A stretch of DNA of 64,000 nucleotides from Octopus vulgaris (GCA_951406725.2 OX597824.1:43710001-43774000); one strand, 5' to 3'. Counted from the first letter of the stretch, positions 11,225-25,650 are shown. Made by a program: numbers and translations. The notes: generated from the sequence alone by a model not told the origin.

Positions 11225-13918
11225 TTAAAGGTGTTTAAGAATATTATTCAGCTTTTATTATTCACTGAAATCTAATCAACTCTGTGATTATGATAGTCAT
11301 GATCATACAAGAATTTGGCAAATAATGTTTTACTTAAGTATAACACTTCAGGTTTATAGATGTGAAATAGGAAGATTTTATTATATTCAGGTCTTTACTT
11401 GACGGTTTCATAAACACTTGAATGAAAAGGTATCAAATCTTCTAAATACAGTTAATCCACATTATTTTGCATGTGTACTAATCCTAATACAAAATAGAAG
11501 CAAAAATAATTAATGAAGTGCTAATATACCAAATGCAGTGAGCAGCATAACTTAAATCAATCAAGGGAGAGACAAACATCGTAGAACAATGCTGAAACTA
11601 AACAAAAGCAAGGGCAACAACCCTACATCAAAAAGAAAAAGGACATTTGAAATGAGTTGATGCACCAGAATCCCAAACAATTAAAATTGGAATTAGATAA
11701 TGTAGTAAATAAAAGGACACTCTGATCTTTAACAAAGTGACAACTCTAGATATGTTTTTGCTATTAAATCTCCTCAGTGAAGCAGTCATTCACATATCTT
11801 TGAAATCAATATAGACAGAGAAATAAATATATTCATATTCATACAAAGACAGGTATACACAGGTGTGACACACTAACATAGTAACAGAGGGAAATAACTC
11901 AGGTAAGTCATCCACATTAACTGCTTTGAAAACTTGATTAGATCACAATAATTGTTGATGGTTGATGTCTAAGACATGTAGTCAAAAGTCAAGCTGTCTA
12001 CCATATATACTCTAAAATAAATTCATTGCATATTGCCTATTAAGACAGAAATGAATACAGCCAGTTTTGATATGTAAGACACTACTGTACAATATAATAA
12101 CAGATATTCATGTTTATATTTCTTTTCAATTTTCTCAATGACTATTGATTGATTTTGTTAGTTTTAGGTCATTGGGGAACACCTGGAAACCATCACAAAA
12201 AGCTTTTATATCTGTTTATCACCTAGCATGAATAACTATTGTATGTATATATGTATGTTTGTATGTATGTATGTACTTATGTACATACGTACATACATGC
12301 ACACACATACACACACACAAATGTCTGTTTGTCATACATTAAAATAACTCAGGTTCAATTCATAGGCTGAGAATTATTAAGAAATACTAATATTTCCATT
12401 TAAATATTTTCACATTGTGCAAAAAATTATCAAATATTTGATTTTAAAAATATCAAATATTTGAAAAAAATGTCTAATATATCAAAAAAATATCATATAT
12501 GTACATATATGAATTATTTCATTTAATTATCGCCACACTTGTAATAATATAGGTAAGATAGTGCTCAATAAAAAAAACATGCTGTTACTGTATTAGTTAG
12601 TTTTTTCTGAGCAAGTAACTTTATTTCATGTTGCTCCAGTTCACTTAGTTGTAGAAATGAGTTGCAACATCACTGGATAACATCAATGGTGTGGAGAGGG
12701 GATGCTGATATACATGGGTGACTGTTGGTCTTCCATAAACAACCTTACCCTGATTTGTGCCTCAGAAGGGAACTTTTTAGATGCAATCCCATGGTCATTC
12801 ATGACCAAAGGGAGTTTTTAATTGTTCTATATTTTTTTACTTATGTTAAACAATATTCTTCATTTTTATGCCTAGATATTCATTGTAACACTTAATTGTA
12901 ACTGGTCATGATATTTTCAACAATTTTGATACTGTTATGAAATCAATTTTCTTACTAGAAGTACTTTTTTCTATTAATTAATTAACTTTTAACCATGCAG
13001 TAAAAATCATAATATAATTATGTATAAAAATAGTATAATGCATATAAGGAAAAACTAAATACACTTGGCCAATGATTTAAGTATGTCTCATAGGAATATG
13101 CATTATCATGGGTTACTGTGTTTACAATAAGAGTATTTATCAAATGATAAGTACCAAAATATTGCCTTAGTTTGTGAAACCAGTATCCTAACTTTTAATG
13201 TTCATCTTTTTCTATAGTCACTCATTTACATAGAGCAAGCTTAAAGAATAAGGAAAACAGTTGGCCACTTGGGGCCCAAGAAATTGACAGTTATTTTATC
13301 TCTCATCCTATTTTTATCCCTCAATCCAGATCTCTTACTGAATTCTAAACTATATTTACAAATTATGTTCACATGTCCCATTCTGTTTAATTAGAAATAG
13401 ATTAAGGGGTTTGAGGTAGTAAAGGTGCCAAACAGTAAAAGTATGTCTTCTGAGATAAGAAACAAAAATGTGTGAACAAATTGAATGTTCAAATGACAAT
13501 GTGTAATCTTATGTTATATTATAAAAAAATATTTAAGCTCAAGCACTAGTTTTTTTTCTTTTTCTTTTTTTTTTCTGTACAGTAAATAAAAAGCAACAGG
13601 AAATAAAGGTGTCAATTAAAGTTTCACATAGCAGTTGAATGATTCACAAGTTCCATATCAAATCCTTCCAAAACTTTCTGAATTTTTTCTGTTATTGAAA
13701 CAAACTGAAATTTTTAGAAAAGATAAAAACAATGCAATTATAAAGAGATATTAAGAGTGTATATTATATCTGCTTTGCCTACAAGCAGAAATTGGTTTTC
13801 TTTTACTTTCATTATAAAAATCGTTGACTCTAATCATTGGATTTTCATTTCTCTAATATTCTGAAATCTTTTATTCTTTAACAAAATAATCATATATTCT
13901 TTTGTTGAATTTTTCTAG

Positions 13919-14047
13919 ATATGTATTTACCGGAATCTACACATGTGAGGCATTAATAAAATTGTTTGCCCGAGGATTTATCTTAGAACCCTTTACATAC
14001 CTCAGAGATGCCTGGAATTGGTTGGATTTCGTAGTCATTGGTTTAGC
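13919..14047 (+). CDS. Nav1: Nav coding exon 4 (DI S2-S3: [43 protein letters not shown])
   Basis: tttttctag acceptor, GC|gtaagt donor, conserved ARGF and RDAWNWLDF. Confidence 0.96.
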
Positions 14048-15119
14048 GTAAGTCATTTTTTAAAAAGATGCTTTTTTTCTTTTATATTTTTGATTTAAAT
14101 AATTCATTTATGCTACAATAGGCTGTGATATTATAAAATATCAAATAAATATTTTTTAAAGCAAATCTATTTTCAGAGGAAGCAAAATTGCCTTGTTTCT
14201 TTTATATATTTATTTTTGTGTATGCATTAATTTAATTTCTTCTAGCACAGAAAAAAGGTTTTTTTGTCTTTTTTCTTTTTTTGAGAGATAAAAAATTACT
14301 GTCAGTATTTGCTGACTTGTTTGGAATTTAACTTTCTATAGTTCAAATTCCACTGAGCTTAACTTTGTGTCTCATCCCTTATATTCAAATAAATATCAGG
14401 TTAACAAAATTGGCAGGTTTGACAGTTTTAGTGCATTGAACTAATTGAATGTAATGCCACAGTTGATTACTCACAATTTTTAATTGTTGGGGCTGAAGCC
14501 TATCTCTGAGTAAGAAAGCAGAATTGGACTAGCTATTTATCTAAGAGGAAATGTTACTCCCAACACTTGACATTTTGGAAATTGAGTTAAGCTCCAGATT
14601 TGAGCTGAATTATTGATCCAAGACTTGATGTTTTAAAACCATGCCAATTGATGAACTGAATATAGCCAGCTTTACATTTTTAGTCTTTGATACTGGAAAT
14701 AATATTTAACTGTAAAACAGAAAACTATTCTGGCAATTCAAATACAAAACCATCCAGCTATGCATAATGATGCATGAACAAATATATATAAACTGAAGAT
14801 CACTTATACATTCAGCCTAAGCTCACCTAAAAGACAACAGTACCACAAAGTTATTTGCTTTACACCCACTTTCTCTCTAAATATTAAACCTCTCGTAGGT
14901 AGGCCTTCCTAAAGTTAGTTGATAAATATTTTCCTTGCATACACAAGTACAGTAAGCTATTCAATAGACACACATGTAAAGTTTTTCCAATCCAAAGTCA
15001 ACATGAGAAGTATGCTTTTACATAAGCCCACCCTAGTTCTTAAATTAATTATTTTTGTGGGAATATCATCACTAGTTTGCTCAATGGTCTCTGTAACAAA
15101 GACGCTATTGTATATGAGG

Positions 15120-15440
15120 TAGAACTCAAAACCAGAGGGCGAAACAATGCATCAAATTGACCTAGAGCTTTCAAGAAATATCTACACAACCACACCTTCA
15201 AGAGTTACAACAAGCATAAATCACTACACCGGCCAAGCATATACAGCAGTTGAAAAAGGTTGAAGATTACAACATCAAATGGAAACTGTTGGAGAAATAT
15301 AGTTTTACAGTAATAGCAGCAAAAGAAGCAGACCGTTTAGTTAAAGGATACTTGGAAGTTCCTTTATGTCTGGGGTGTATCTAAATGCTAAATTGGAGAC
15401 ATCTACACCTTTTTTAGATGAGCAGAAGTATATTCTCTAA
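15120..15440 (+). mobile_element. Probable Penelope-like endonuclease remnant
   Basis: Decayed NHTFKSYNKHK...YNIKWKLLEK...YSNSSKR resembles the PLE GIY-YIG C-terminus. Confidence 0.4.
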
Positions 15441-15952
15441 TATTAATCCAAGTTACCATAGGGGTGTCAACACCAATATTTCTTTCTTAAATCTACCCCC
15501 ACTCCTCTTAATCATGAGGAAATTTCCCTTTTCTGTTTTAGTAGTTACTTGGCAACATCACTAGTGCTGGTAGCACAAAAAAAGCACCCAGTACAGACTG
15601 TAAAGTGGTTGGTTTTAGGAAGAACATCCAACTGTAGAAAATATACCACAGCTGACACTGGAACTTGGCATAGCCCTGCAGCTTGCCAGATTCTGTTAAA
15701 CCATCTAACCCATACCAGCATAGAAAATGTACATTAAATGATTATAATGATGAGACATAAATACATACATATGTGTATGCTGTGTGCATGTACATAAATA
15801 CATATAAATATGAAATATAAATGTAAATAACAGTGTAACAATACATATATGGGTAGATACCTAGATAGAGATACATACTTATATAGATACAGTCATAGAC
15901 ATGAGATACATTAGATGTACATAGATGTATGTGATACATATATATATATATA

Positions 15953-16860
15953 CACGAGGCCTGATCAATAAGTATTCGGATTGTTGCCATAGTAACGTAG
16001 CTAAAGCATGCAGAGTGAAGCTGCTTGACACAGATTGACCTTGAACTTTGCTGTGCATGCACATTAAATTTAAACATTCTAACTCACTTCCGCTGTTTAC
16101 AACAGTGCTTGGAAGGAAGGTGTGAAGCGTGTGATTGTCGCATTGACCATGACAGAGAAAGTTTTCATGGTGATACCTGCTCAGAGGCCTACACAAAGTT
16201 GCAGGAAGTATATGGAGAGGAGTGTATGGGCCACACACAAGTGTACAAGTGGTTCAGACATCGTCAAGATGGCCAAAAAAATGTTGATATTGATGAATGT
16301 TCTGGGAGAAACACAACCAGTGGAACTGAGAGAAACATTGCTGATGTGTGTGCAGCTATGAGGGGAAAATCATCAAGTCACCATCTTTGAGTTATCAGAG
16401 GATGTGCAGATTAGTTATGGCTCAGTTTAATCTATCATCACTGAAGATTTGGACGTGAGATGTGTCTGCCAAGTTTGTGCCAAAATTGCTTTCAGCCGAC
16501 CAAAAGGACAGTCAGGTTTCAGTTGCACAAGATCTCCTTGATTGTGTTGAGAACGATGAAAACTTCTTGGAAACTTTGCATAGACCTCTGAGGCGGCATC
16601 ATCAAGCTTTTGGCAAAATTTGATGCTTTTCTGCTCAACTTTCTCTGTCATGGTCAATGCAACAATTACATGCTACACACCTTCCTTCCAAACACTGCTG
16701 TAAACAGTAGAAGTGAGCTGAAGCATTAAAACTTAGTGAACATGCACAACAGAGTTCACAGTCAGTCTGTACCAAGTGGCTTCACTCTCCATGCTTTAGC
16801 TTCATTACTATAGTAACAATCTGGGTACTTATTGATCAGTAACAATCTGGATACTTATTG
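15953..16860. mobile_element. Mariner-derived non-autonomous element with ~200-bp inverted arms
   Basis: 15961-16163 is the reverse complement of ~16638-16839; internal transposase N-terminal fragments (AYTKLQEVYGEECMGHTQVYKWF; MTEKVEQKSIKFC). Confidence 0.85.
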
Positions 16861-16952
16861 TGTGTGTGTGTGTGTGTGTGTATTATAATGACAATCGACA
16901 ATGGATTATATTTATAACTATAATTTAATGGTATCTATATTTTTTTATTTAG

Positions 16953-17044
16953 ATACTTGACAGAAGTAGTTGATCTGGGTAATCTATCAGCTTTACGAAC
17001 ATTCAGGGTACTTCGAGCCCTAAAAACTGTCGCAGTGATTCCAG
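16953..17044 (+). CDS. Nav1: Nav coding exon 5 (92 nt; DI S3-S4: [31 protein letters not shown])
   Basis: ttttatttag acceptor, CAG|gtatgt donor; S4 R/K every third residue; same size as the vertebrate SCN S3-S4 exon. Confidence 0.97.
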
Positions 17045-17329
17045 GTATGTGAACCTCATTGAATATCAACCCACCTCCCTTTAAACCATCTTTTTCCATA
17101 TATGTGAATGTACTGAAGTCATGAAGATTGAGTTAGAGTTGATATACATGCCCTTTGTAAATATATGTGTATTTTGATTGATGTAGTTTCTTTATATGTA
17201 TATGACATGATAAGATTTAATACATTCTATAAATCTAAATATGTGAATACATTTATGCATAAATATGTAAATCCCTCTCTCTCTCTCTCTCTCTCGGAGA
17301 GGCACAAGCACCTACACACACACATACAC

Positions 17330-17420
17330 GGCAGTAACTCCCGCCTAACAAACTCCATCACAAAGCTTCGGTCGGCTCAGGGCTATAGCAGAAGACACTT
17401 ACCCAAAGTGCCACGTGGTG
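17330..17420 (-). mobile_element. tRNA-SINE fragment joined to the end of the RTE element
   Basis: Reverse complement of the gggcaagtgtcttctgctatagcc core seen at ~49440-49470. Confidence 0.65.
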
Positions 17421-19990
17421 GCACACATGCATCATACAGTCTACCTTTCACCCTGAGCGAGAGGCACTTAGTTGCCAGCAGAGGTAGGAGCTCCCTGAAC
17501 TTTGCCCAGGCTATTCTTACTCTAGTCACTACACTCTCAACGCAGCCATCCCCACTACAGACTTGGTCACCTAGGTAGTGTAAGCTATTAACTACTTCTA
17601 GTTTCTTCCCCGACATGTGATGGAATCTTTTTTCTGTATGTCTTCAGTGTTTATTGCCCCAGTGCATCTACCACACACAAAAACTATTTTCCTGGTTAAC
17701 CTTCCTTTGATATTGCTGCACCTTTTATGTGTCCATCGTATGGAGTTTCTACCCACACCTTTTCTACAGATTGAGCAGAGCTATCTATCTGAAGCAGGTT
17801 GTGATTTGACAGCCTTCTTACTTACTAAGACTTATGATTTTGCTAGGTTTACCCTAAGGCTCTTTCATTCTAGACCTTGCTTTCACACCCTAAATTTCGT
17901 CTCCAGTTCTGGCAGTGACTCAGCTATTAAAGCAAGATCATCAGCATAGAGGAGCTCCCGGGGGAAACCTGTCTTGGATTCCTCTATTATTGCCTGGCGG
18001 ACTATGATGAATAAGAGGGGGCTGAGGACTGATCCTTGGTGAACCCCTACTTCTACTCGGAATTCTTCACTATACTCATTGCCAACCCTCACCATACTGA
18101 CAGCATCCCTGTACAGGGCTTGTACAGGGCTTGTACAGCTCTTACCAGCCACTGGTGTATCCCCAGTTTCTGCAGTGACCACCAGATAAGGGATCGGGGG
18201 GACCCTGTCAAAGGCTTTCTCCAAGTCAACAAAAGCCAAGTACAGAGGTTTATCTTTGGCTAGGTACTTCAACTGCAGTTGCTTTACCAGAAATATAGCA
18301 TTAGTGGTGCTTCTGCCTGGCACAAAACCGAACTGCATCTCATCTAGGCTAACTCTCTCCCTAATTAGTTGGGCTATGACTCTCTCTGTAACTTTCATCA
18401 CCTGATCCAATAATTTGATACCCCTGTAGTTATTTCTATCTAAAGCATCATCTTTCCCCTTGTAGCAGTTGACTATGGTGCTGCGACACCAGTCATTTGG
18501 TATGACTCCTTCACTAACTACCTGATTTATGATGCGGGTGACAAGACCATAACCCACACCGCCTGATATTTTAAGCATCTCAGCAGTGATTCCTGATGGG
18601 CCAGGTGCTTTCCCTGTCTTCATATCCTTAATTGCTTTATCTACCTGAGTACTGTTGATTCGGATAGCTGGTTCCTCAATTGGGTCAACCTTTGGCAGAC
18701 TCTCCTCCTCCCATTCATTCTCCACATTCAGCAGTCTTTCATAATGGCTTCTCCAAACCTCTTTCTTTGCAGAATCATTAAATGCAAGGGCACCATCATC
18801 CATGCGGACACATTTCTCTCCTATGACATCACTGTTTTCTCTCACACACTATCTTGCAATCCGAAATACTTCAGGTCTTTGATCCTCACATCGCTGAACA
18901 TTGGCAAACTTCTTTCCTGCTACTCCCTTGGCTATATATACCTGTCTCTTAGCTTTCCTTTTGGCTATCTGATACATTTTCCTGCTACCAGGCATTCCAA
19001 GCCTGTTTCTTTCCTCTAATGGCCCTGTCTGCAGAATTGTTCCACCACTATGTTACCCTAGGTCTGGAAGGGACATTGCACCAACCACAGATTTGGTCTG
19101 TGGCACTCAGCAAGCTGTCTTGCAGGAATTCCCAGCTGCTTTCTATGTCACAGGACTGTAGCTCCTCCTCCCTATTATCAAATTTCTCGGTAAGGATATC
19201 CCTAAATCTCTGACTATATGAAGTGTTCCTAAGCTTACAAGTCCTTTTCCAGTTTGGTCTGCTTTTTGGCATCCTTCTGGCCAAAAGTCTAAAGTCACTA
19301 ATAACTATTCTATGTTGTGGGGTGCATTCTTCACCAGGGAATGTATCCCGCTATCTGGTGAGGATGAAATCAATCTGTCTAGCAGAGTCACCTGATTGAT
19401 AGGTTATCAGGTGGCTAGCTGGCTTCCTGAAGTTGGTGTTGCAGATCAATAGGTTATTTGCATTGCAGAACTCCAGGAGCCTAGTTCCCTCTTCATTTCT
19501 GGTACCAACTTCATAGCCCCCATGTACACCTTGGAAGATACCAGATTGCTGTCCGACATGCCCATTAAAATCTCCAGCCACAAAGATGAGATCATTGTAA
19601 CTCATCTTTAAAGTAGCCTGCAGAAAAATATCATAAAAGTGATCCTTCTATTCATTTGGTAGACCTGTTTGTGGGGCATAGGCAGAGATAATTGTAGCTA
19701 TACCATTCTGCAAGATTAGCCTGAGTTTAAGTACTCGATCGCACACCCTCACTACCTCTATGACCTTATCCACCCATTTCTCTGCAAGAAGTATGCCCAC
19801 ACCCCCTATTCCATCACTATTACCTACCCTGAAGAGTTTATACCTATGTGCTTTGCCTTTGAGGACTCTGGCTGAAGCTCCTCCCCATCTTACCTCTTGT
19901 ACGCAACATACATCAACACTCTCCGTTCAAGCATCTCTACAATCTCGCTAGACCTACCTTTCTATGTGCCTACATTTAGAGTGCTATCAT
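17420..19990 (-). mobile_element. RTE-clade LINE, ORF2 pseudogene (AP endonuclease + reverse transcriptase)
   Basis: GDFNGHVG and QIDFILTR (APE); KAPGPSGI, QFGFVPGRST, AFVDLEKAFDRV, QGSVLSPLLF and LLYADDL (RT); broken by stops and frameshifts. Confidence 0.95.
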
Positions 19991-20178
19991 TTTACTCTGT
20001 TGAGATGGGGGCTTATATTCCTATTCATTTCTAGCTTAAATTTCTAGCAATAATTTTTGTTTTCTTTGTTGTTTACCTTTTGTTCATTTCTATTCTTCTT
20101 CAGTGGTGACAAGTAGATAAGGTAAAATAGAAATGCTTTGTACAAATTACTAATTTGCTTATTTATTTGTGTTCACAG

Positions 20179-20382
20179 GTTTAAAAACAATCGTGGGTGC
20201 CTTATTAGAAGCCGTCAGACGGTTAAGAGATGTAATGATACTTACGTGCTTCATGTTGTCCATCTTTGCACTAATTGGTATGCAACTCTACCAAGGAACA
20301 TTACGTAGCAAGTGTATTAGAGATATTGTCGATAATGAAAATATCACAGATGAAGAGTGGATGGAACATGTTTTAAATAAAG
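20179..20382 (+). CDS. Nav1: Nav coding exon 6 (S4-S5 linker, S5 and extracellular loop: [10 protein letters not shown]...[17 protein letters not shown]...)
   Basis: gttcacag acceptor, AAG|gtaaga donor; N-glycosylation sequon NIT. Confidence 0.96.
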
Positions 20383-20679
20383 GTAAGAGGAACATAAAAT
20401 ACATACTGCACTTTTTTATTTTGTTTTTCTCCTCTCTACTGGTGTAACTGAGAAAATGGATGATCAAATCAGTCAGTACCAAACAACCACTTGATTGGTC
20501 CACAGTTCAGATTGTTTCACTAATAATGCATGAATTTGTGCCTAACTCTCAATTATTAAATTTACACAAATCTAAATAGGTATATTGAGATATAATTCAC
20601 TTCTGTAACTTGACAAATAATTCATTGGCTTGATACACCAAGATCAATTCATACTGTGGAAGAAATGACTACTTGCAGT

Positions 20680-20845
20680 CAGTGCAGTTTTAAGGCATGA
20701 GCACATTGGGCAATTGCCCAGGGTCCCCACAGGTCTAGCAGCCCAATTTTGGTCCAGTTATGCTTTGCCTTGTCAGTAAATAAATATTATAGGGCCCTGT
20801 ATATTGATTTGCCCAGAGGCCTATAATGCTGCTAAGACAGCTCTG
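20680..20845. mobile_element. hAT-type MITE
   Basis: Termini cagtgcagttttaag / ctaagacagctctg; 8-bp TSD cttgcagt / cttgcaat (7 of 8 match). Confidence 0.75.
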
Positions 20846-22643
20846 CTTGCAATATGCCTGTTTATATTTGAGACTGATTCATCTATTTTTTGAGTGCTAT
20901 CTAAAAGGGGAAAATACATTAGTCCCATGCAACATTGTGATATGATAGCGAAAGTGATTAGTTTCATGTCATATCAAACAGAAACTTAAGTTTAGCGAAA
21001 ATTAAATGCCTAAACATCTGAGATTACTTGCTGTTAACAAGATAATTTTTCAGATAATTAACCCCATCTTTTAAAGATGAAGCAATTTTCAGTATTTTTA
21101 TCAACAATATTTCTACAATATATTTCAATTAGATCTCCACTTATCAGGTTTTTTATTATTGGATCGTAACAAGCTGGATTTGAATCCAGTCTGAAATATT
21201 GTAATCTTACTGAAAATGTTTGGAAACTTAAAAAACTTACACTATAACTTAATTGTTTAGCATTACAATGTATTAGATTATTGAATTTTATAACAAAATT
21301 AATTGTGAAGTACTTGTTTAACGAAGGATTTGTTTTAGAGATCTTGTATTGAAACTGAAACACTTGCTTCATAGTAGAGCTATGTCGCTATTTAAAACAC
21401 ATTGATACTCTCACTCCCTTTTATTTTGTAATAGCTTTATGTATTATTAATTATCAAATCTTTCATTGTGCATCTATGGCCAAGTCAATGATATGCTTTG
21501 CTATAATACTATAAAGTGTATGTTTATCAATAGGTAATGAGACAGAAAATAAAGGAATAGAAGAATATAAAAAATAAACAAACCTCCTCCATGGCCTGTC
21601 AGGATCTGACCAACGAATGACTTCTAATACATACTCTAGAATAGAATATCAGTGACCAGGTCATAAGAGTATATAAAAACTGTGATAAAAGCTTAATGTA
21701 TAATACTAAAATGGCATTAAATACCACAAGCATTAAGACAGAAAAAATACTATTGGTCAATGTCTGTGAGTTTATTACTCTTTTCTGTTTCAAAATAGTG
21801 CTCATAATATTAAATATCATTTTACATTGAAAACCTTAGCTGTTAATTCATTCATAGCATGGTATTATAAAATAAAGCAAAAGTGAATATAATGATGTGC
21901 ATATGTTTTAAATGGCTACCACAATTCTATATCAATTCATGGCAAGTAGTAACTCTATTTTGTTAATTTTCTCTCTTTTCATCATAGTTTCAATTATTCT
22001 TGTGTAAAAGAAGGATTCAGTTTAGTATTAAAAATTACCAAACTATTCATCAGTTATATATTAGTTGAACACTACATCACTGTCAATCTGTTTCATTTCT
22101 TCCTCTGTTGTCAGTTATTTGAACCAGATATTTGTATTGTCTTATCTTGAACAGATTACAACATTTAAGTAACCACATACAAGCTCTTGAACTATGAGAC
22201 CAAAATTTCATTCACCTAATTATTTAATAAATACTTGTAAATAACAAATAAAATCAGAGTCTGAGGAAACTTGCCAATAACTAATGATCAGAACCTCAAC
22301 ACTCATGTTTTCCAACAAAATTTGAAATTATCAAAATTTACAAACTTTAACAATATTGTAAATTTTTTATTACTTTAGAAAATATGCACTATCTTCTTTC
22401 TTTCTGTAGATCTGAAATACTTGCAATCTACTCATTAAATGATTTTATCTGTATGTTTAGAAAAGAAAATATTATCTTTAACATGTAGAGAAACATTTCC
22501 AGAATAAATGTACTACAAAAATATACTGTATATATATTTCAAAAACACAGACATTTGATATATTTATGTATTTCTAAAGATGCTTTAATTGGACCCATTG
22601 CTTATTTTCCTTCAGTTACTTAATTTTACATTTTTCTATTCAG

Positions 22644-22704
22644 AAAATTGGGGTGAAGATTATTATGGAAACACTCTCGTATGTGGAAATGCTTCAGGCG
22701 CAGG
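22644..22704 (+). CDS. Nav1: Nav coding exon 7 (ENWGEDYYGNTLVCGNASGAG)
   Basis: ttctattcag acceptor, GG|gtatgt donor; conserved CGNxSGAG motif; frame consistent with neighbours. Confidence 0.93.
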
Positions 22705-23439
22705 GTATGTAATGTTATTCAATTTTCTTTTTTTTTTTTACTGAAATAACAACAATCTATTTATCTATTGTTTGTTCTTTCACACTTTCTTTCTACCATT
22801 ATATGTATGTGTGTGTGTGTGTGTGTGAAAGAAAAAGAGAGAAATAAGGATTACAATCACAGACTACAGTTTCATTCGATTGATCCCTAACCTTTATCAT
22901 TGGTATATTTCACCAAGAACAGGAAGTCCTATACTCTGGTGGTGGTCATTTTTGTGGCCTTTACAGACAAACTATGTCGCTCAGTATACATCATGTATTC
23001 TTTTGACATTTCCATATGACAGTAAAAGTTTTTCTGATGATGACCTACCTTTTCAAATCTTTTACATTCAACCATTCTTGCAATTAGATTGGCACATCAA
23101 GTGGATCGTACTGAGCTAATTTCTCAGACACACTGTTCTCATTCATTGCCTTACAGGTATCTTATATATGCCTCATAGAGTTTGCTTTGTGTACACTTAC
23201 AAAAAAATTTGCTATCTATTAAGGATCTATCTTCAGTTATCCTCTCTTCTTCATAGTCCTTAAGACAGCAATCATCAAGACCAGAACTTGGCACCAATGG
23301 GAACATTTTCATTCTGATAACCTAATCTTAATTTCATATTGAAGAAGATGAAATACAAGTTCAAAACTTAAAATGCAGACTCAAGTCAAAATACCTGAAG
23401 ATTAACATTACCAAAATTTAAATACCAGTTTTATGCAGG

Positions 23440-23960
23440 GCTGCACTCAACAACAATAAGGTGATATTGTATGTTTGAAAGGAATACCAATAGGTGATGT
23501 GAGATTTCTGATAAAGTGGCAAGAAATTTAAACATCTGAAAACTGGAAGTAGTAATAGAGTTTTGTTATGTAGATTCATACTTAACTGTGATGATGGCGA
23601 TAGTGATAGCACAGTGGCTACTGTGAGAGTCTGCGTGAAATAAGTTCTTATAAACTATTTGCTTTTACCTGAATCAAAAGATTCCTCTCTTCATACAAAA
23701 GGCAAATTTATATGAAACATGTAAGAAATATGATGTATGGCAGTGAGGCATGCGTAGTGAATACAAAATATTTTAATATAACTGGAAAAATATTAAGTTT
23801 TATTCAGTCTATATGCCTAGCTTATAAGACTGTCAAATACAAATGAATAAATTAAGCAGCTGATTTAAGTAACATTTGTTGAGTACTATACTGTAGAAGG
23901 TATGTAATAGGAATAGATGATGTATGATGAGAGAAAAGATGTCAAGAATTGACAGTAGAA
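23440..23960 (+). mobile_element. Highly decayed RTE-like 3' fragment
   Basis: Remnants resembling KGKLYETCVRNMMYGSEAW across frameshifts. Confidence 0.4.
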
Positions 23961-24649
23961 GTAACACATGGGTGCTTTGGGAAACAGATTATTCTAATCT
24001 GAGAAAGGTGTCTCATAGCAAGAAGATGTGCTATATTACAGCTCCATGCAATCTATGCTTGCACAGAAAATATGGACATAAAAGTAACAGTGATAATATT
24101 GATATATATATATATATCATATTTTCTAAACACAAGTTATTTAAGACTTAGGTTGTTTTCTTATGCTATACCTCCACATTTGTTGCATTCTTTATTTCCA
24201 ATGTTTTTTGTACTATGCCTTCACATTTGTTGCATTCTCTATTTCCAATTCTCAATTGCACACTCTCAAAAGTTCTCTTCTCAACTTCCATTTCCCCACT
24301 CCCCTGTTCCACCACCATGTAAATACAATTAGTGTGATATAAGTGAGAAAACTTCTCTGACTGCTGCAATCCAACAAAGGGAGTGATCCTGACAGTGTCT
24401 CTTCTATGAAGTAGATCACTTCAGAGATAGTTCTTATCCTTGCCAAATACTTCAATCTCTCTCTCTCTCTCATGCACCACACACACATGTGCATGAGCCC
24501 CGTATGTCTCATCTCCAAATAAGAGTAACCTCATCTTAAAGATGAAAACAATTGTTAACAAGTACCTCCTCCATCATATATGAATCCACACAGTTTGGCT
24601 TCATTTGAGCTAGACTTATCTGAGATTTTCATAAATCACACTTTACTAG

Positions 24650-25650
24650 TCACTCTTCTTTGAGAACATTGACTACAGCTGTTTGCTCTTGACATCAGAA
24701 AAGATTATGACTTTGTCTGAGATGAGAAGCTCCCAACAAAATTGCTCATTTATGGCTTACATACTTCTTTCATTTCTTGTATTAGAAATCTCCTATATTT
24801 GATCACACTACTACATATGCTGGCAAAGCTCTCTTTAACCCACACTCAAATTTTAATGCACCTCAGGATTCACTAATGTCCTCCATACTTTCCTTTTTGC
24901 ATATTAATCATTCAAATTGCTGTAGCTCCTAACCACACAGCATACGTTCCTATGCAGATGAGACAATCCACCTTTCCTCCTTTGCTTTCTTAATACAGGT
25001 AACATCTACACACCCTAAGTACCAAATTTATACTGTTTCCAGGAATAGAGATCATGTGAATATTCTTTAAAGGGGACATTATGCTTAGTATCTTAGCGAT
25101 CACTTCAATGTCTGACGTGATATATTGTGCACTTGTTCAGGCAACATCAATTTAATGGAGGGAATGAGCTAATATACAGTGCATATATTTGATCACTATA
25201 AACAAATCATTTGTGCAGGTTGTTCATTAAAAACTGAACACTCCTATCTTCGATGGAAGATTCCATCATATTTATATATAAAGCATTACCAAAACCACTC
25301 AAGGACCAATCTTCCTCTTCAGGAATATACTTCAGCTCCAATCCATAATTATTATCTTTTTATAAAATTAACTAAAGATATACCTACACTGAGTACTGCT
25401 CACATATATGAGATGATGCTACTGCTTCTGAACTAGCTAGTTGCACACTTGTCCACCTAGGTTCATCTGACCCAATAGTTTCTCCTTCTCCCATTGCCCT
25501 TTTTATGTCACAACACCAAACTTTTTATGAAACACTTTCTTCAGTTCTTTCCTTCCCAGACTCATAAATCCAATAGGCCTCTCCCTACACACACTTATCC
25601 TACAAACTTTGACCTACATGTTTTTTTAGTTAAACATCAATTGCCTCAAT
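24650..25650 (+). mobile_element. Highly decayed LINE reverse transcriptase remnant
   Basis: ALDIRK.YD.V, APQDS.MS (GVPQGS-like) and SYADE (YADD-like) fragments. Confidence 0.5.

Noticed and set aside
11744-11780. Minus-strand CUGAGGA...AAAAC hammerhead-like string
   Set aside because: The GAAA box and stems II/III are not intact; at best a relic.
17883-18845. 320-aa RT ORF as an active or domesticated gene
   Set aside because: Frame disruption after AFDRV and stops in the adjacent APE and C-terminal regions mark it as a dead RTE copy.
14048-20178. Search for a duplicated mutually exclusive S3-S4 exon (like vertebrate 5N/5A)
   Set aside because: I found no second [11 protein letters not shown]-type exon in the flanking introns.
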